Numbered from the stretch's first letter, positions 50,241 to 60,964 are shown. The stretch is 64,000 nucleotides of DNA from Sedimentisphaerales bacterium (GCA_963663965.2 CAXXFK010000011.1:32001-96000), one strand, 5' to 3'. Numbers and translations are program-made. The notes: generated from the sequence alone by a model not told the origin.

Positions 50241-50855
50241 ATGAAAACCATAAATTGCATCACAGTGGCAACAACTAATCCCGGGAAACTAAACGAATTA
50301 AAACAATTATTCGCTGAAACCGGCATGCATATAAAAAGTCTGAATGACTGGGGTTATTCAGGAGATTTTCAAGAAACTGGCAGCAGTTTCCAGGAAAATG
50401 CGCGTCAAAAAGCATTATTTTATGCGGAAATGTTCAATGATATTGTTCTGGCCGATGATTCCGGTTTAGAAGTTGATGCGTTAAATGGCGCTCCGGGAGT
50501 CTATTCCGCCCGCTTCGCCGGTGTCGATGGCAATGGTCGCGATCAGGCCAACAACAGAAAACTATTGGAATTAATGCAAAATATTCCTGATCATAAACGC
50601 ACAGCCAGATTTCGCTGTTGCCTCAGTCTAGTTGATAAGCAAAACATCTTACTGGAAGTAGATGGCATAATCGAAGGTTGTATCGGCCATAAACCACATG
50701 GTGAAAATGGCTTCGGATATGATCCGCTCTTTTATATTCCCAGCGAAGGAATGACTGCTGCAGAATTAAGTAAAGAAACCAAAAATGTAATTTCTCATCG
50801 CGGACAGGCTTTAAAAAAACTCTTGCTGGGATTAAAGACCCTGGGAGAGCATTAA
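50241..50855 (+). CDS. rdgB: dITP/XTP pyrophosphatase (HAM1 family)
   Basis: ATTNPGKLNE, ADDSGLEVDALNGAPGVYSAR, GFGYDPLF, ISHRG. Confidence 0.95.
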   Translation: MKTINCITVATTNPGKLNELKQLFAETGMHIKSLNDWGYSGDFQETGSSFQENARQKALFYAEMFNDIVLADDSGLEVDALNGAPGVYSARFAGVDGNGRDQANNRKLLELMQNIPDHKRTARFRCCLSLVDKQNILLEVDGIIEGCIGHKPHGENGFGYDPLFYIPSEGMTAAELSKETKNVISHRGQALKKLLLGLKTLGEH

Positions 50856-50868
50856 AGCAGTCTGAAAT

Positions 50869-50973
50869 TATACTGCTTACAATTGAAAATGCCCGATGGG
50901 CCGTGATAAAAATTTTTCACGGGTAGATACTTATCTTGCGTGCGATCAGGAACTTTCATACCCATTGGGTATA
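50869..50973. repeat. Copy C of ~105-bp ERIC-like hairpin element
   Basis: TATACTGCTTACAATTGAAAATGCCCG...CTTATCTTGCGTGCGATCAGGAACTTTC-ATACCCATTGGGTATA. Confidence 0.85.
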
Positions 50974-51019
50974 CATTACCTTCAGAAAATCTATTTAGGC
51001 CAAGGAAGGGATTCAGGCT

Positions 51020-51601
51020 ATGAGCTACTATTTATTTGATAATATATCGATTGGAATACTGCTCGCTATTGGCTTGGAGATTGTTGCCGTTATCGTTTAC
51101 AACTTCAGCGAATGGAAATGGCGTAAACTCGCGCTATTATCTGGATTTTTATTACTCGGCCTGTTGATCCTGATGGATATTTTTGTCGAAACGAATCGGG
51201 AACAACTTGAGCGAATCACCAGGGAGGTGGTCCGGGCCGCCCAGGATGAACAACCTCGTACGATCGCTTTTCATCTTAGCCCAGAGTTATTAGTTGGTGG
51301 CAAATACAATAAAAAAGTCATTGTTCAAATCATAGATAATTGGCTGTCTGAACCGATAATCGACAGTAATCTGATATCTAAATTAGAAGTCATCAATGAT
51401 CGCAATGACAATGGTCGGGTAGAAATATCCATCTTAACTCAATTTGATCCCCAAGGAAAACTTGCATCCGTAAGCCTGCTGAAATCACGATGGAGACTTG
51501 AATTTATTAAACAGGGAAAAGAACCCTACAAAATTGTCAATATCATCAATACGAGTGTGAATGACGGTGCCGGAATCGATTGGGCGAATTTCAAACTTTA
51601 A
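51020..51601 (+). CDS. Hypothetical membrane protein (two N-terminal TM segments)
   Basis: Two hydrophobic helices, then VETNREQLE and a soluble domain. Confidence 0.65.
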   Translation: MSYYLFDNISIGILLAIGLEIVAVIVYNFSEWKWRKLALLSGFLLLGLLILMDIFVETNREQLERITREVVRAAQDEQPRTIAFHLSPELLVGGKYNKKVIVQIIDNWLSEPIIDSNLISKLEVINDRNDNGRVEISILTQFDPQGKLASVSLLKSRWRLEFIKQGKEPYKIVNIINTSVNDGAGIDWANFKL

Positions 51602-51875
51602 CAACACTATACTTCTCATAACTTACTATCAATAAATACATTACGATAATCATCACCGATTGTCATTCTGCCAATCTTTCGCTAAGGGTTTATAAACATG
51701 TAACTATCTTTATAATAGATGGTTACGTCATTCGATAAAATCAATTCAGAATTTATGTTTTTCCGGCTAACGACCGATAATTATTGATAATATCTTAAAA
51801 TATGATGCAATGCTTATTGATTTAAACAAAATCCTGATCCTGACTATCAAACTCTATTCTAGAATATAATTTTTA

Positions 51876-53840
51876 ATGGTAGCGAGCCCCGAATATCTCC
51901 CTTCAGACCATATTTATGCTCGAAACATGAAGGCCATATGGCGCCATTGGCCAGAACTGGCATATGACATAGAATCGGTACGCCATACTGAGTTGTTCGA
52001 ATGCCAGCCAACTCGCAGTGGCCAGGTAACCTGTCAGATCAACAGTACCAAAGGATCTGTTTTCTTACATAGCCGGTATGATCCGGTTCGTGAAGCCGAA
52101 AAATGGACAGATGGTGTCATGCAGCAAGCCAGGGAACAACGCGAAAATAACGATGGGCGTTTGCCCATGTGTTACCTGATAAGCGGCATGGGTTTGGGAT
52201 ATCATGTAAAAGCGTTGTTTGAAAAATTAAAAGGGGATGAATTCGTCATTGTCAGCGAAAATCTTATTCCATTGCTAAAAACAGCGCTATATTTACAGGA
52301 TTTGAGCGAACAACTCCTCAACCGCCGTTTATTGTTTATTACCGCAACGGATCGGGATGAAATCTTCCGGGTATTGGAAGGTCAGGGGCAGGATATGATG
52401 ATGGGGTTGGTATTTACACACAGCCACCAGAAAATTGAACAGGAATTTCATCAGCATATCCGCACCTTGTTGGGAGAATATGCCTCTTATATGCGCAGTC
52501 ATATGATCAGCTTGCTGGCTAATAGTATGACTACGTTACGAAATATAATGTACAACCTGCCAACTTATGTTGGCACACCCAAAGTGAATATCCTTAAAAA
52601 CCGGTTCAATGGCTATCCTGCGGTTGTTGTTTCCGCGGGTCCATCCCTTAAGCGGAATATTCATTTTTTAAAATCAATCCGGGATCAAGTCGTTGTGATT
52701 GCGGTTCAAACAACATTGAAACCCTTGCTGGCCCAGAATATCGTTCCCGATTTCGTCACCAGCCTGGATTACCATCCGGCCAGTGTGCGTTTTTTCGAAG
52801 GGTTAGATGAAGAGCTTAAAGATATTCATCTTATTGCAGAACCTAAAGCATCCTGGCCTGTGATAGACTACTATCGCACCCGGGGGCCCATCAGTTTACT
52901 GGGCAATCAAGTGCCCCAAATCATTCTTGGTGATTTACCAATTCTTCATGAAGGCATGACTGCGGGTTCAACCGTGGCCCATCTGGCCTATTATCTGGCC
53001 CTTTACCTGGGAACTGATCCTGTCATTTTCATCGGTCAGGACCTGGGATTTACGGATAATGTCTATTACAGTCCCGGCAATGCATTGCATGAGGTATGGG
53101 ACAATGAATTGAGTCGTTTTGGCACTTTGGAAATGAAGGAATGGGAGCGGATCGTCCGCCATCGCTCCATGCTACGCAAAGTTCCAGATATCCACGATCA
53201 ACCGATCTACACCGACGAACAGATGTTTACCTATTTACAGCAATTTGAAAAAGATTTTGCCCGGTGCAGCGCAACGGTGATCGATGCCAGCGAAGGAGGC
53301 GTCAAAAAACAGTTTACCCGCATAATGACCTTACAGGAAGCTGCCAAAACGTATTGCAACCGGAAGATCCCCCCTAGTCTATTTCACTACCGAAATGAAA
53401 TCGCTTTGTTCGATAGAAGTCTTCTTGAGCAGGCACACTCTGAAATCGCTCAAAAAATTGACGCGATTCATGAACTCCGATCCATTTCCGAACAAACCGT
53501 TGATCTGATCACGGAAATGCAGGATTTGGTCGATAATCAGCCGGAACTGAACCGGAGAATGATACGCCTGGATGAGTTACGCATACAGGTTCGATATCGG
53601 GAAGACATCTATCACCTGGTGCGGATGGTCTCCCAAACCGCCGAACTGACACGCCACCGCATGGATCGCTCTCTTGAAATTGACGCTCTCACCGGCATAG
53701 AACGGCAGAGACGTCAATTACAGCGGGATGTCGCCTATGTCTCGGAAATAAAAAGGGGTTGTGATCGCATGGTCGGCCTTCTACAGGAATGTCTTGAGCG
53801 ATTTGATGAAGAAATGCAATTGAAGGATCAGGCCTCATGA
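51876..53840 (+). CDS. Motility-associated factor (Maf)/DUF115 family glycosyltransferase
   Basis: LHSRYDPVREA, GMGLGYH, VVSAGPSL, IVPDF, GSTVAH, FIGQDLGF, IDASEGG. Confidence 0.85.
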   Translation: MVASPEYLPSDHIYARNMKAIWRHWPELAYDIESVRHTELFECQPTRSGQVTCQINSTKGSVFLHSRYDPVREAEKWTDGVMQQAREQRENNDGRLPMCYLISGMGLGYHVKALFEKLKGDEFVIVSENLIPLLKTALYLQDLSEQLLNRRLLFITATDRDEIFRVLEGQGQDMMMGLVFTHSHQKIEQEFHQHIRTLLGEYASYMRSHMISLLANSMTTLRNIMYNLPTYVGTPKVNILKNRFNGYPAVVVSAGPSLKRNIHFLKSIRDQVVVIAVQTTLKPLLAQNIVPDFVTSLDYHPASVRFFEGLDEELKDIHLIAEPKASWPVIDYYRTRGPISLLGNQVPQIILGDLPILHEGMTAGSTVAHLAYYLALYLGTDPVIFIGQDLGFTDNVYYSPGNALHEVWDNELSRFGTLEMKEWERIVRHRSMLRKVPDIHDQPIYTDEQMFTYLQQFEKDFARCSATVIDASEGGVKKQFTRIMTLQEAAKTYCNRKIPPSLFHYRNEIALFDRSLLEQAHSEIAQKIDAIHELRSISEQTVDLITEMQDLVDNQPELNRRMIRLDELRIQVRYREDIYHLVRMVSQTAELTRHRMDRSLEIDALTGIERQRRQLQRDVAYVSEIKRGCDRMVGLLQECLERFDEEMQLKDQAS

Positions 53841-55489
53841 CATCTCCTAATCCAAATCTGCCAGTCGTAGCCTGGATCTATGCTGACACGGAACATAGCG
53901 TATTGGGGACGCCATCACGCCTGAATAAGCTTTTGGGACAGCATACCGTCTTGAATCTTACCTGCCGACGCATTGCGGCCATTGAAACGATTGACAACAT
54001 CGTTATCTTCTGCCCACAAAATCAATGCGAGCCCATCCGGCGCTGCGCCGGCATAACGAATAAGCCTATTGAAGTTGTTGGTTTAGAAGCGGCTACGCTT
54101 CCCGGGCGTCGTCTTATCCATCGCAAATGGTCCAACGGATGTTGGCGAGGTGGCATCAATGAATCCGTCTGGATCGATGAAGGGTTCTTGATGCCGGAAA
54201 TGATCAATTTCGCATTGAAACGCAACCAGGAGCGGATCGCATTTTTCCCCCCTGACGCGGTCTTACTTGATTCGACATTAGCAAATAGTATCATCGATTT
54301 ATATCTGAATAATGAAAATGAAATGCGTATCTGCTTTTCGCAGGCCGCCGTTGGATTGGCATGTATCTGCGCCCGCATCGATATGCTGTGTGAATTACAT
54401 CAAGCCAACGCTTCGGTCAGCGACTTGCTGGGGTATCTGCCTGATACCCCACATTCCGACTATATTATGCAGGATTGTTGCTTTAAAGTACCGTCACCCC
54501 TGTTCCGTACCCCCTACCGCTATCTGACTGATACCGAACGTTCCTGGCGAATAATCCAGCGAATCTTTCAGGAACAGGACACCGAGACAATCATGCGTTG
54601 GTCCGCCATCGATTCAATTGAGGCGTTTAAAGAATTCCAGACTGATTACTACGGTTTTCCGCGTGAGGTGGAAATCGAGCTGAATACCCTGCCCAGTCAT
54701 CGGATAGTTGGTTATCCGCACGGTTCGATTGACCGTCCTTCATTACCGTTAAAATACTTCGAAAAACTTCTGGATGATTGTTCGGAACACGATGATATCT
54801 GCCTGACACTGGGCGGATTCGGCGAGCCAACCGGTCATCCCGATTTAATAACGATGATTCATATGGCGCGCGAGAAAGGGATTTTCGGCATTCATATTGA
54901 AACGGACGGGATGAATCTAAGCGATGAAATACTCCAGGCACTCGTCGATGCCTCACCGGACGTCATCAGTGTGTATCTGGATGCGCACAGCCCGGAAGGT
55001 TACCGACTGGTTAAAGGGTGCGACGGTTTTGAAAAAGTCACGCACGCGATTCAAACCATGGTCGCTAGACGGCGCGAACGTTCCAGTTTCAGCCCGCTCA
55101 TTATACCCCATATGGTAAAAACCCGCCAAACCATGACGGAAATGGAGGCGTTTTACGATTACTGGAAAAAAAAATGTAATGCTGCTGTTATCGAAGGCTA
55201 TAACGATTTTGCCGGGCAAATTGAAGATCGAAGCGTCATGGACATGACCCCACCGCGCCGACGTTACTGTCGCAGACTGGATTATCGCCTGACGATCCTG
55301 TCGGATGGACGGGTGGTTCCCTGTAGTCAGGATTTCCAGGGCCATCATCCTTGTGGGCACATTATGGAACAAACCCTGGATGAAATCTGGAATGGCATCA
55401 CTCTGACAGACTTACGCCATCAGCAGCATAATGAAAACTATGAAACCAATAACTTGTGCCTTCATTGCAGTGAATGGCATAGGGCCTGA
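53837..55489 (+). CDS. Nucleotidyltransferase-like + degenerate radical SAM + SPASM/Twitch domain protein
   Basis: N-terminus resembles cytidylyltransferase folds. FPREVEIELNT...GFGEP..HP core lacks CxxxCxxC. C-terminal YCRRL...DGRVVPCSQDF...LCLHC. Confidence 0.7.
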   Translation: MTSPNPNLPVVAWIYADTEHSVLGTPSRLNKLLGQHTVLNLTCRRIAAIETIDNIVIFCPQNQCEPIRRCAGITNKPIEVVGLEAATLPGRRLIHRKWSNGCWRGGINESVWIDEGFLMPEMINFALKRNQERIAFFPPDAVLLDSTLANSIIDLYLNNENEMRICFSQAAVGLACICARIDMLCELHQANASVSDLLGYLPDTPHSDYIMQDCCFKVPSPLFRTPYRYLTDTERSWRIIQRIFQEQDTETIMRWSAIDSIEAFKEFQTDYYGFPREVEIELNTLPSHRIVGYPHGSIDRPSLPLKYFEKLLDDCSEHDDICLTLGGFGEPTGHPDLITMIHMAREKGIFGIHIETDGMNLSDEILQALVDASPDVISVYLDAHSPEGYRLVKGCDGFEKVTHAIQTMVARRRERSSFSPLIIPHMVKTRQTMTEMEAFYDYWKKKCNAAVIEGYNDFAGQIEDRSVMDMTPPRRRYCRRLDYRLTILSDGRVVPCSQDFQGHHPCGHIMEQTLDEIWNGITLTDLRHQQHNENYETNNLCLHCSEWHRA

Positions 55490-55517
55490 ATTAAATCAAA
55501 AATGAAAAGGATGCATT

Positions 55518-56537
55518 ATGGACCAGCCAACCGTACAAAACTCTGAAGAAAAACCAGAATCTCCAAAAAATAAAAAAACAGATTCAATCATTAATTACGT
55601 TCTCTGGGCTATTGTAATTTTCTGCCTGATATCATTACTGTCTCACGGCTATTCCCGTTTTCGCAATGCCCAATCCTGTATGAATGTTGTCGGACAATTG
55701 CCCGACTTTGTCAAAACACAACCGGTTGCGGAAGAGTGGAAATCCGCCACTGGAGACACCATTGACCTGGGTTACGCCACGGTTACCTTACCAGCCGAAA
55801 GCTTGGAATCAATAAATGGACGTCCGGGAAGCTACTTAACGATTCTGAGATTAAAAAATGGAATCGATCTTACTTTAAATTTGCCCATTAAAAAGAATCC
55901 TGCTACAACCCAAAATACCTCTATGGAATCAGAACAGAACAAAGACGAGACGAAAGAACCGGTCTTTCGTTCATTTGAGGAAACTCGTGAAATTTTTTAT
56001 GCCATTCCAAAAGATTTTACCGGTTATTTTCTTACAAAACCTGATAAAATTAATGAAGAGCTTATCTTGATTCAGCAAAAAGCCCAGGTTCCTCTCAGTC
56101 AAAATGGTATAATCGTTTTTGATGCGAAGCAATTGAATGGGATTTTATTGTGTGGCAATAATCAATATCCCATTATGATCTGTGAAGTATGGGATGCTCT
56201 CCAACCCGTCCGTCAAACAATCACAATCAGCAATAATAAACAAACTGCGTTCACACCCCAGGATTTAGCGGTAGCCAAAGAAGTGATTGCATCTTTACGA
56301 TATAAGCAGGATTTGCCTGTTTCCATCCCGGAAATAGCTAATCTATATACGTCTGCTATACAAAGAATTCCTGATTTCAAAGTAATAATTTCAAAAGATG
56401 AATTCGAAAAATTTCAGCAGGAAATCAAAAAACAAGGAATGGAATTAAATATGCAGCAGGGACCGGCATTACCGAATAATCTGCCCTCGCTTCCCTCTAC
56501 GCCTCTCAATGATATGAAGGACAGTCCCGTTGAATAA
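55518..56537 (+). CDS. Hypothetical membrane-anchored protein
   Basis: Single TM segment near the N-terminus. 339-aa ORF with AAGGA RBS. Confidence 0.6.
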   Translation: MDQPTVQNSEEKPESPKNKKTDSIINYVLWAIVIFCLISLLSHGYSRFRNAQSCMNVVGQLPDFVKTQPVAEEWKSATGDTIDLGYATVTLPAESLESINGRPGSYLTILRLKNGIDLTLNLPIKKNPATTQNTSMESEQNKDETKEPVFRSFEETREIFYAIPKDFTGYFLTKPDKINEELILIQQKAQVPLSQNGIIVFDAKQLNGILLCGNNQYPIMICEVWDALQPVRQTITISNNKQTAFTPQDLAVAKEVIASLRYKQDLPVSIPEIANLYTSAIQRIPDFKVIISKDEFEKFQQEIKKQGMELNMQQGPALPNNLPSLPSTPLNDMKDSPVE

Positions 56538-57270
56538 AACGACAGATATACTCGCCGTTATCCCGGCCCGAGCCGGCAGTATTGGTGTACGCGGCAAAAA
56601 TATCCGGCTGCTGCTTGGCAAGGAAGTGATACGCTACACCATTGAAGATGCCACAGAAAGCCGGCACATCAACCGGATTGTCGTTACCAGTGATGACCCG
56701 GTAGCGTTGGCGATTGCCGGAGATTATTCTCGGGTTGAGACCATTCAGCGTCCTGCCCATCTTTCTGACAACACCGTGCGTATCGACCATGTGATCATTC
56801 ATGCCGTACAAACATTACAGGAACAAAAACATTTCATTCCTGAAATCATCGTCTTATTATACGCCAACGTCCCAGTTCGTGCGGATGGTATTATCGACAA
56901 GGTCGTTGAATATATTCAACAAACGGGGGCAGATTCGGTGCAAACCGTGTGTAACCCCGGAAAATTTCATCCTTACTGGTTGTATCAGCTGACTTCATCC
57001 GGACAAATTGCTAAATATATCGATAACCAGATTTATCGACGTCAGGAATTGCCCCCTCTTTACGCCATTGATGGCGCGGTACTGGCTTTTCGATATGCCT
57101 CTCTGCTGGCCGGCATCGCCGGTAATGACCCTCATGCGTTTCTGGGCCATGATCGTCGTGCGATTATACAGGAGTCACATGAGACAGTAGATATTGATAA
57201 TGAACGGGATTTATATCTGGCCGAAGCCATTTTAAGAATGCAACAAACCAGTGGAGTCATCAAAACATGA
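56530..57270 (+). CDS. neuA: Acylneuraminate cytidylyltransferase (CMP-nonulosonate synthetase)
   Basis: AVIPARAGS.GV.GKN, RPAHLS, RRQELP, VDID. Confidence 0.88.
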   Translation: MNKTTDILAVIPARAGSIGVRGKNIRLLLGKEVIRYTIEDATESRHINRIVVTSDDPVALAIAGDYSRVETIQRPAHLSDNTVRIDHVIIHAVQTLQEQKHFIPEIIVLLYANVPVRADGIIDKVVEYIQQTGADSVQTVCNPGKFHPYWLYQLTSSGQIAKYIDNQIYRRQELPPLYAIDGAVLAFRYASLLAGIAGNDPHAFLGHDRRAIIQESHETVDIDNERDLYLAEAILRMQQTSGVIKT

Positions 57271-58742
57271 CGCTATCAGCCGAATGTGATATTGTATTAG
57301 TTTTTCCTCCAATTCGTACCTGGGATAATCCAAGAAATTTTCCTACTGGGATCGGTTTATTGGCAGCCCGTTTACGTCATGCCGGATATCGAGTTCAAGT
57401 AATCGACGTCAATGGTTTACGCATCAGCGAATCCGAAACCATCCAACGCATTGAAGACTGCCATCCGGCCATCGTCGGCTTTGGCGGTCTGATAACCACC
57501 TATGGCTGGATCAAACGCGTAAGTCAGAATATCCGCCAGAATAATCCCGGTCGTAAAATCATTCTGGGCGGATCCGTGGGTACTAGTATCGTTGAAACCG
57601 CCTTGAAACACTTGGCAATTGATGTGATCGCTATCGCTGAGGCGGATGACACCATATTGGAGTTGGTCCCGGCCCTGCTTAATCATGAATCATTAAATCA
57701 TATCGCGGGATTAGCCTGGCTTGAAGATAACCGCGTTGTTCGGACCGCCGCTCGCCCCATGCGGGAAAATCTGGACAGTCTCCCCATGCCTGCCTGGGAC
57801 CTGTTTCCAATGGATGTCTATCTCAATAATCCCATAGTCGGGGTCGGTAAAGATATTGACATCATCAGTTCCAGGGGTTGCCCGTTTCCCTGTCACTATT
57901 GTTATCGAATCTTTGGCCGTCATTATCGCGGGCGCAGCGCCGCCCATGTCATCGAAGAAATGCAGCAATTAAAATCCAACTACGATATTGATTTTATCAG
58001 CTTTCAGGATGACTGTTTTGTAATTGATAAACCACGGGTTTATGCGATTTGTGATTTATTAGACCAGACCGGTTTAAGTCGCTCATTACGCTGGAGTTGC
58101 ACCGGACGGGTTACTGTTTGCGATTATGACATGCTCAAAAGAATGCGGGCAAGTGGTTGCGTATCGGTCAGCTATGGGATCGAAAGCGGTTCAGAAACGA
58201 TATTGAAGGCTATGGGAAAAAATGCTTCACTGGAACAGGCTCGCAAAGCCATCGCCAATACGCGTAAAGCCGGTTTACGATGTCCAGTATCGTTTATGAT
58301 CGGCTATCCCGGTGAAACTCGTGAAACAGTCATGGAAACAGTAGCATTCTGTAAGGACCTGAATATACCCCTTTCTGCCATGATGTTCACATGCCCATAT
58401 CCCGGTACTCCTCTTTATGAACAAGTTAAAAGTAGTAAACGGTTTTTATCGCAATTCCCTTCAGAAGAAGATTTCGTTCTAAGCTTGGGCGACGCGGTTG
58501 ATCTGACCGTCAACATGACTGACATGGACAATGAAACACTTTACGACTTACGAATAGAAGCCTTGGAAATGGCACGTCAAAACTATATCTCTCCCTCTGC
58601 AGAGGTTACCGAACGTCAGGAGAGAGAGCTATATGGCGATACCCTCTTTGAAAAAGCTCGTCAGCAGCGGCGGAATCCTCAAAACCAAGCCCATCTGCAA
58701 CGTCACGGTTTTAACGAAAACGCCGGCCTTAAACAGGATTAA
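57267..58742 (+). CDS. Cobalamin-binding (class B) radical SAM protein
   Basis: B12-binding N-terminus (PTGIGLLAA, IILGG), SSRGCPFPCHYC, FQDD, YGIESGS, FMIGYPGET, PYPGTPLY. Confidence 0.88.
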   Translation: MTLSAECDIVLVFPPIRTWDNPRNFPTGIGLLAARLRHAGYRVQVIDVNGLRISESETIQRIEDCHPAIVGFGGLITTYGWIKRVSQNIRQNNPGRKIILGGSVGTSIVETALKHLAIDVIAIAEADDTILELVPALLNHESLNHIAGLAWLEDNRVVRTAARPMRENLDSLPMPAWDLFPMDVYLNNPIVGVGKDIDIISSRGCPFPCHYCYRIFGRHYRGRSAAHVIEEMQQLKSNYDIDFISFQDDCFVIDKPRVYAICDLLDQTGLSRSLRWSCTGRVTVCDYDMLKRMRASGCVSVSYGIESGSETILKAMGKNASLEQARKAIANTRKAGLRCPVSFMIGYPGETRETVMETVAFCKDLNIPLSAMMFTCPYPGTPLYEQVKSSKRFLSQFPSEEDFVLSLGDAVDLTVNMTDMDNETLYDLRIEALEMARQNYISPSAEVTERQERELYGDTLFEKARQQRRNPQNQAHLQRHGFNENAGLKQD

Positions 58743-58744
58743 CC

Positions 58745-59806
58745 ATGTCTTTTCTTACCAGCAAGTCAATTCCTTATATTATTGCCGAAGCGGGAGTAAA
58801 TCACAATGGCAGTATCGAACTGGCCGTCCAGATGATTGCCCGGGCTAAGACGGCAGGTGCGGATTGCGTTAAATTCCAGGCATTTAATGCCGATGAGCTA
58901 GTTATTACGAATGCCGATAAAGCTGATTATCAAAAAATATCTGGTCCGTCAAATGAAACTCAGTACGAAATGTTGAAAAAACTCGAACTGACTTTCGACG
59001 ATTTCAGTCAACTGAAACGACAGGCAGATCACCTGAATATCGATTTATTGATAACCCCCTTTTCTTCCTCCTGGGTTGATAAAATTATTAAACTTCGGAT
59101 TCCCGCCATTAAGATTGGTTCCGGCGATAATGTTTCGGAAGACATCCTGCTGGCCAGTGCCCAAAGTGGCCTTCCGATCATTATATCGACAGGTATGGCG
59201 GGTCAAGTCGAAATCCGGAATACCCTGGCATTTTTGGTTAAAAACGGTTGTCAGGAAATATATCCATTACATTGTGTCAGTAATTATCCGGCTGAAATAG
59301 AACAAATTAATCTGTCTGCCATTGAAACATTAAAACAAATGACTGGCTTACCTTGTGGTTTCTCTGACCACACCAGGGAAATCATTACTGGCGCTCTTGC
59401 CGTTGCCTATGGCGCCGTAATTATTGAAAAGCATTTTACACTGGACCACCAGTTTCCCGGTCCCGATCAGGCAATGAGCCTGCCTCCCGACGAATTAGCC
59501 TCATATATTCAGATGTGCAGACTTTCAGCTAAAGCTCGCGGAAATGGCAATATAGAGCCTGATGCTTCTGAACTGGTGATTAAAAAAGCAGCCCGCAAAA
59601 GCATCGTCACAACCCGATATATCACTGCTGGAATGGTCATTAATAGAGACATGATCACCTTCAAACGTCCAGGTACCGGGATTCCCCCCTCCCAAATTCA
59701 CAACATTATCGGGCGTACAGCCAACCAGGATATTAAACCAGATACCTTAATAACAACTGAGATGATTGAAACATCAGAATCTGAAATACCCAGACATGTC
59801 GACTAA
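58745..59806 (+). CDS. neuB: N-acetylneuraminate/nonulosonate synthase with SAF domain
   Basis: IIAEAGVNHNGS, VKFQ, STGMA, HCVSNYPA, GFSDHT, IEKHFTLD, KRPGTGI. Confidence 0.93.
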   Translation: MSFLTSKSIPYIIAEAGVNHNGSIELAVQMIARAKTAGADCVKFQAFNADELVITNADKADYQKISGPSNETQYEMLKKLELTFDDFSQLKRQADHLNIDLLITPFSSSWVDKIIKLRIPAIKIGSGDNVSEDILLASAQSGLPIIISTGMAGQVEIRNTLAFLVKNGCQEIYPLHCVSNYPAEIEQINLSAIETLKQMTGLPCGFSDHTREIITGALAVAYGAVIIEKHFTLDHQFPGPDQAMSLPPDELASYIQMCRLSAKARGNGNIEPDASELVIKKAARKSIVTTRYITAGMVINRDMITFKRPGTGIPPSQIHNIIGRTANQDIKPDTLITTEMIETSESEIPRHVD

Positions 59807-60947
59807 GAAAAAGATTATCACAGTCATAACCGGAACACGGGCTGATTATGGCATACTTAAATCGGTCTTAAGGGCAATCGACCAGCATACGGATTTACGT
59901 CTGAATGTCCTGATAACCGGAATGCATCTATTAAAACAATTTGGCTTTACGGCTCAAGAAGTAATGGATGATGGTTGGCCCATCTGCGGTAAAGTCCCCC
60001 TTCAGACCGATAACGACAATCCCTTTAATCAAAGTATTGCCATGGGACGGGCGATCTCTGGTATGACCAAATGCTATCAGAGAACGAAAACAGATATTGT
60101 CCTGGTGCTGGGCGATCGATTGGAAATGCTGGCCGCCGCTGTAGCGGCTACGGCAAGTCAGTTGTTATTAGCACATATTCATGGAGGCGATATCGCGCCC
60201 GGTATTCAGGATGATGCCTGCCGTCATGCGATCAGCAAACTGGCACATATCCATTTTGCCGCCAGTGCCGGCGCTGCAAAACGCTTAGTACAATTGGGAG
60301 AGAAGCCTCAACACATCTATAATACGGGTTCTCCAGCTCTCGATCTATTGAATAAAGAAATATGTAAAGAACCCGGTCTGTTATCGGATTTTACTGGAAT
60401 TGATATCAAATCACCTTTTCTGGTGGTTATGCAACACCCTGCCGGCGGTACTTCTTCACAGGAACACCAACGCATGCAATTAACATTGCGAGCCTGCCGC
60501 CGTACCCAATTACCCTTATTAATAATATATCCCAATTGTGATACCGGTTACCCGGGAATTACCAAAGCAATTGAGCAGGTCCGAAAATATTCCGATTGTC
60601 ATATTTTTAAACATCTTCCCCGTCATATTTTCCTGGGCTGCCTGAAATATTGTCGAGTTCTGGTAGGCAACAGTTCATGTGGAATTATTGAATCTGGCCG
60701 TCTGAAAATACCGGTAATCAATATCGGACCACGCCAGAAAAAACGGGAGCGGGGCAAACATGTTTTCGATTGTGATTATCAGGAAGAAATAATCCATCAT
60801 TTATTGAATAATATTTTAAAAAGTAATCGACTCGATCTTAAACCTTGCCGAATATATGGAACAGGAGGCAGTGGCCCGCGTATAGCGGTTATACTGGCCC
60901 GGAAAAGAATAACGCCTGAACTCAGGCAAAAGCTGATAACTTATTAG
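59796..60947 (+). CDS. neuC: UDP-N-acetylglucosamine 2-epimerase (hydrolysing)
   Basis: TGTRADYG, TGMHL, LGDRLE, HIHGGD, RHAISKLAHIHF, GNSSCG, GPRQ. Confidence 0.93.
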   Translation: MSTKKKIITVITGTRADYGILKSVLRAIDQHTDLRLNVLITGMHLLKQFGFTAQEVMDDGWPICGKVPLQTDNDNPFNQSIAMGRAISGMTKCYQRTKTDIVLVLGDRLEMLAAAVAATASQLLLAHIHGGDIAPGIQDDACRHAISKLAHIHFAASAGAAKRLVQLGEKPQHIYNTGSPALDLLNKEICKEPGLLSDFTGIDIKSPFLVVMQHPAGGTSSQEHQRMQLTLRACRRTQLPLLIIYPNCDTGYPGITKAIEQVRKYSDCHIFKHLPRHIFLGCLKYCRVLVGNSSCGIIESGRLKIPVINIGPRQKKRERGKHVFDCDYQEEIIHHLLNNILKSNRLDLKPCRIYGTGGSGPRIAVILARKRITPELRQKLITY

Positions 60948-60964
60948 CATTATAAATTTGTAAG

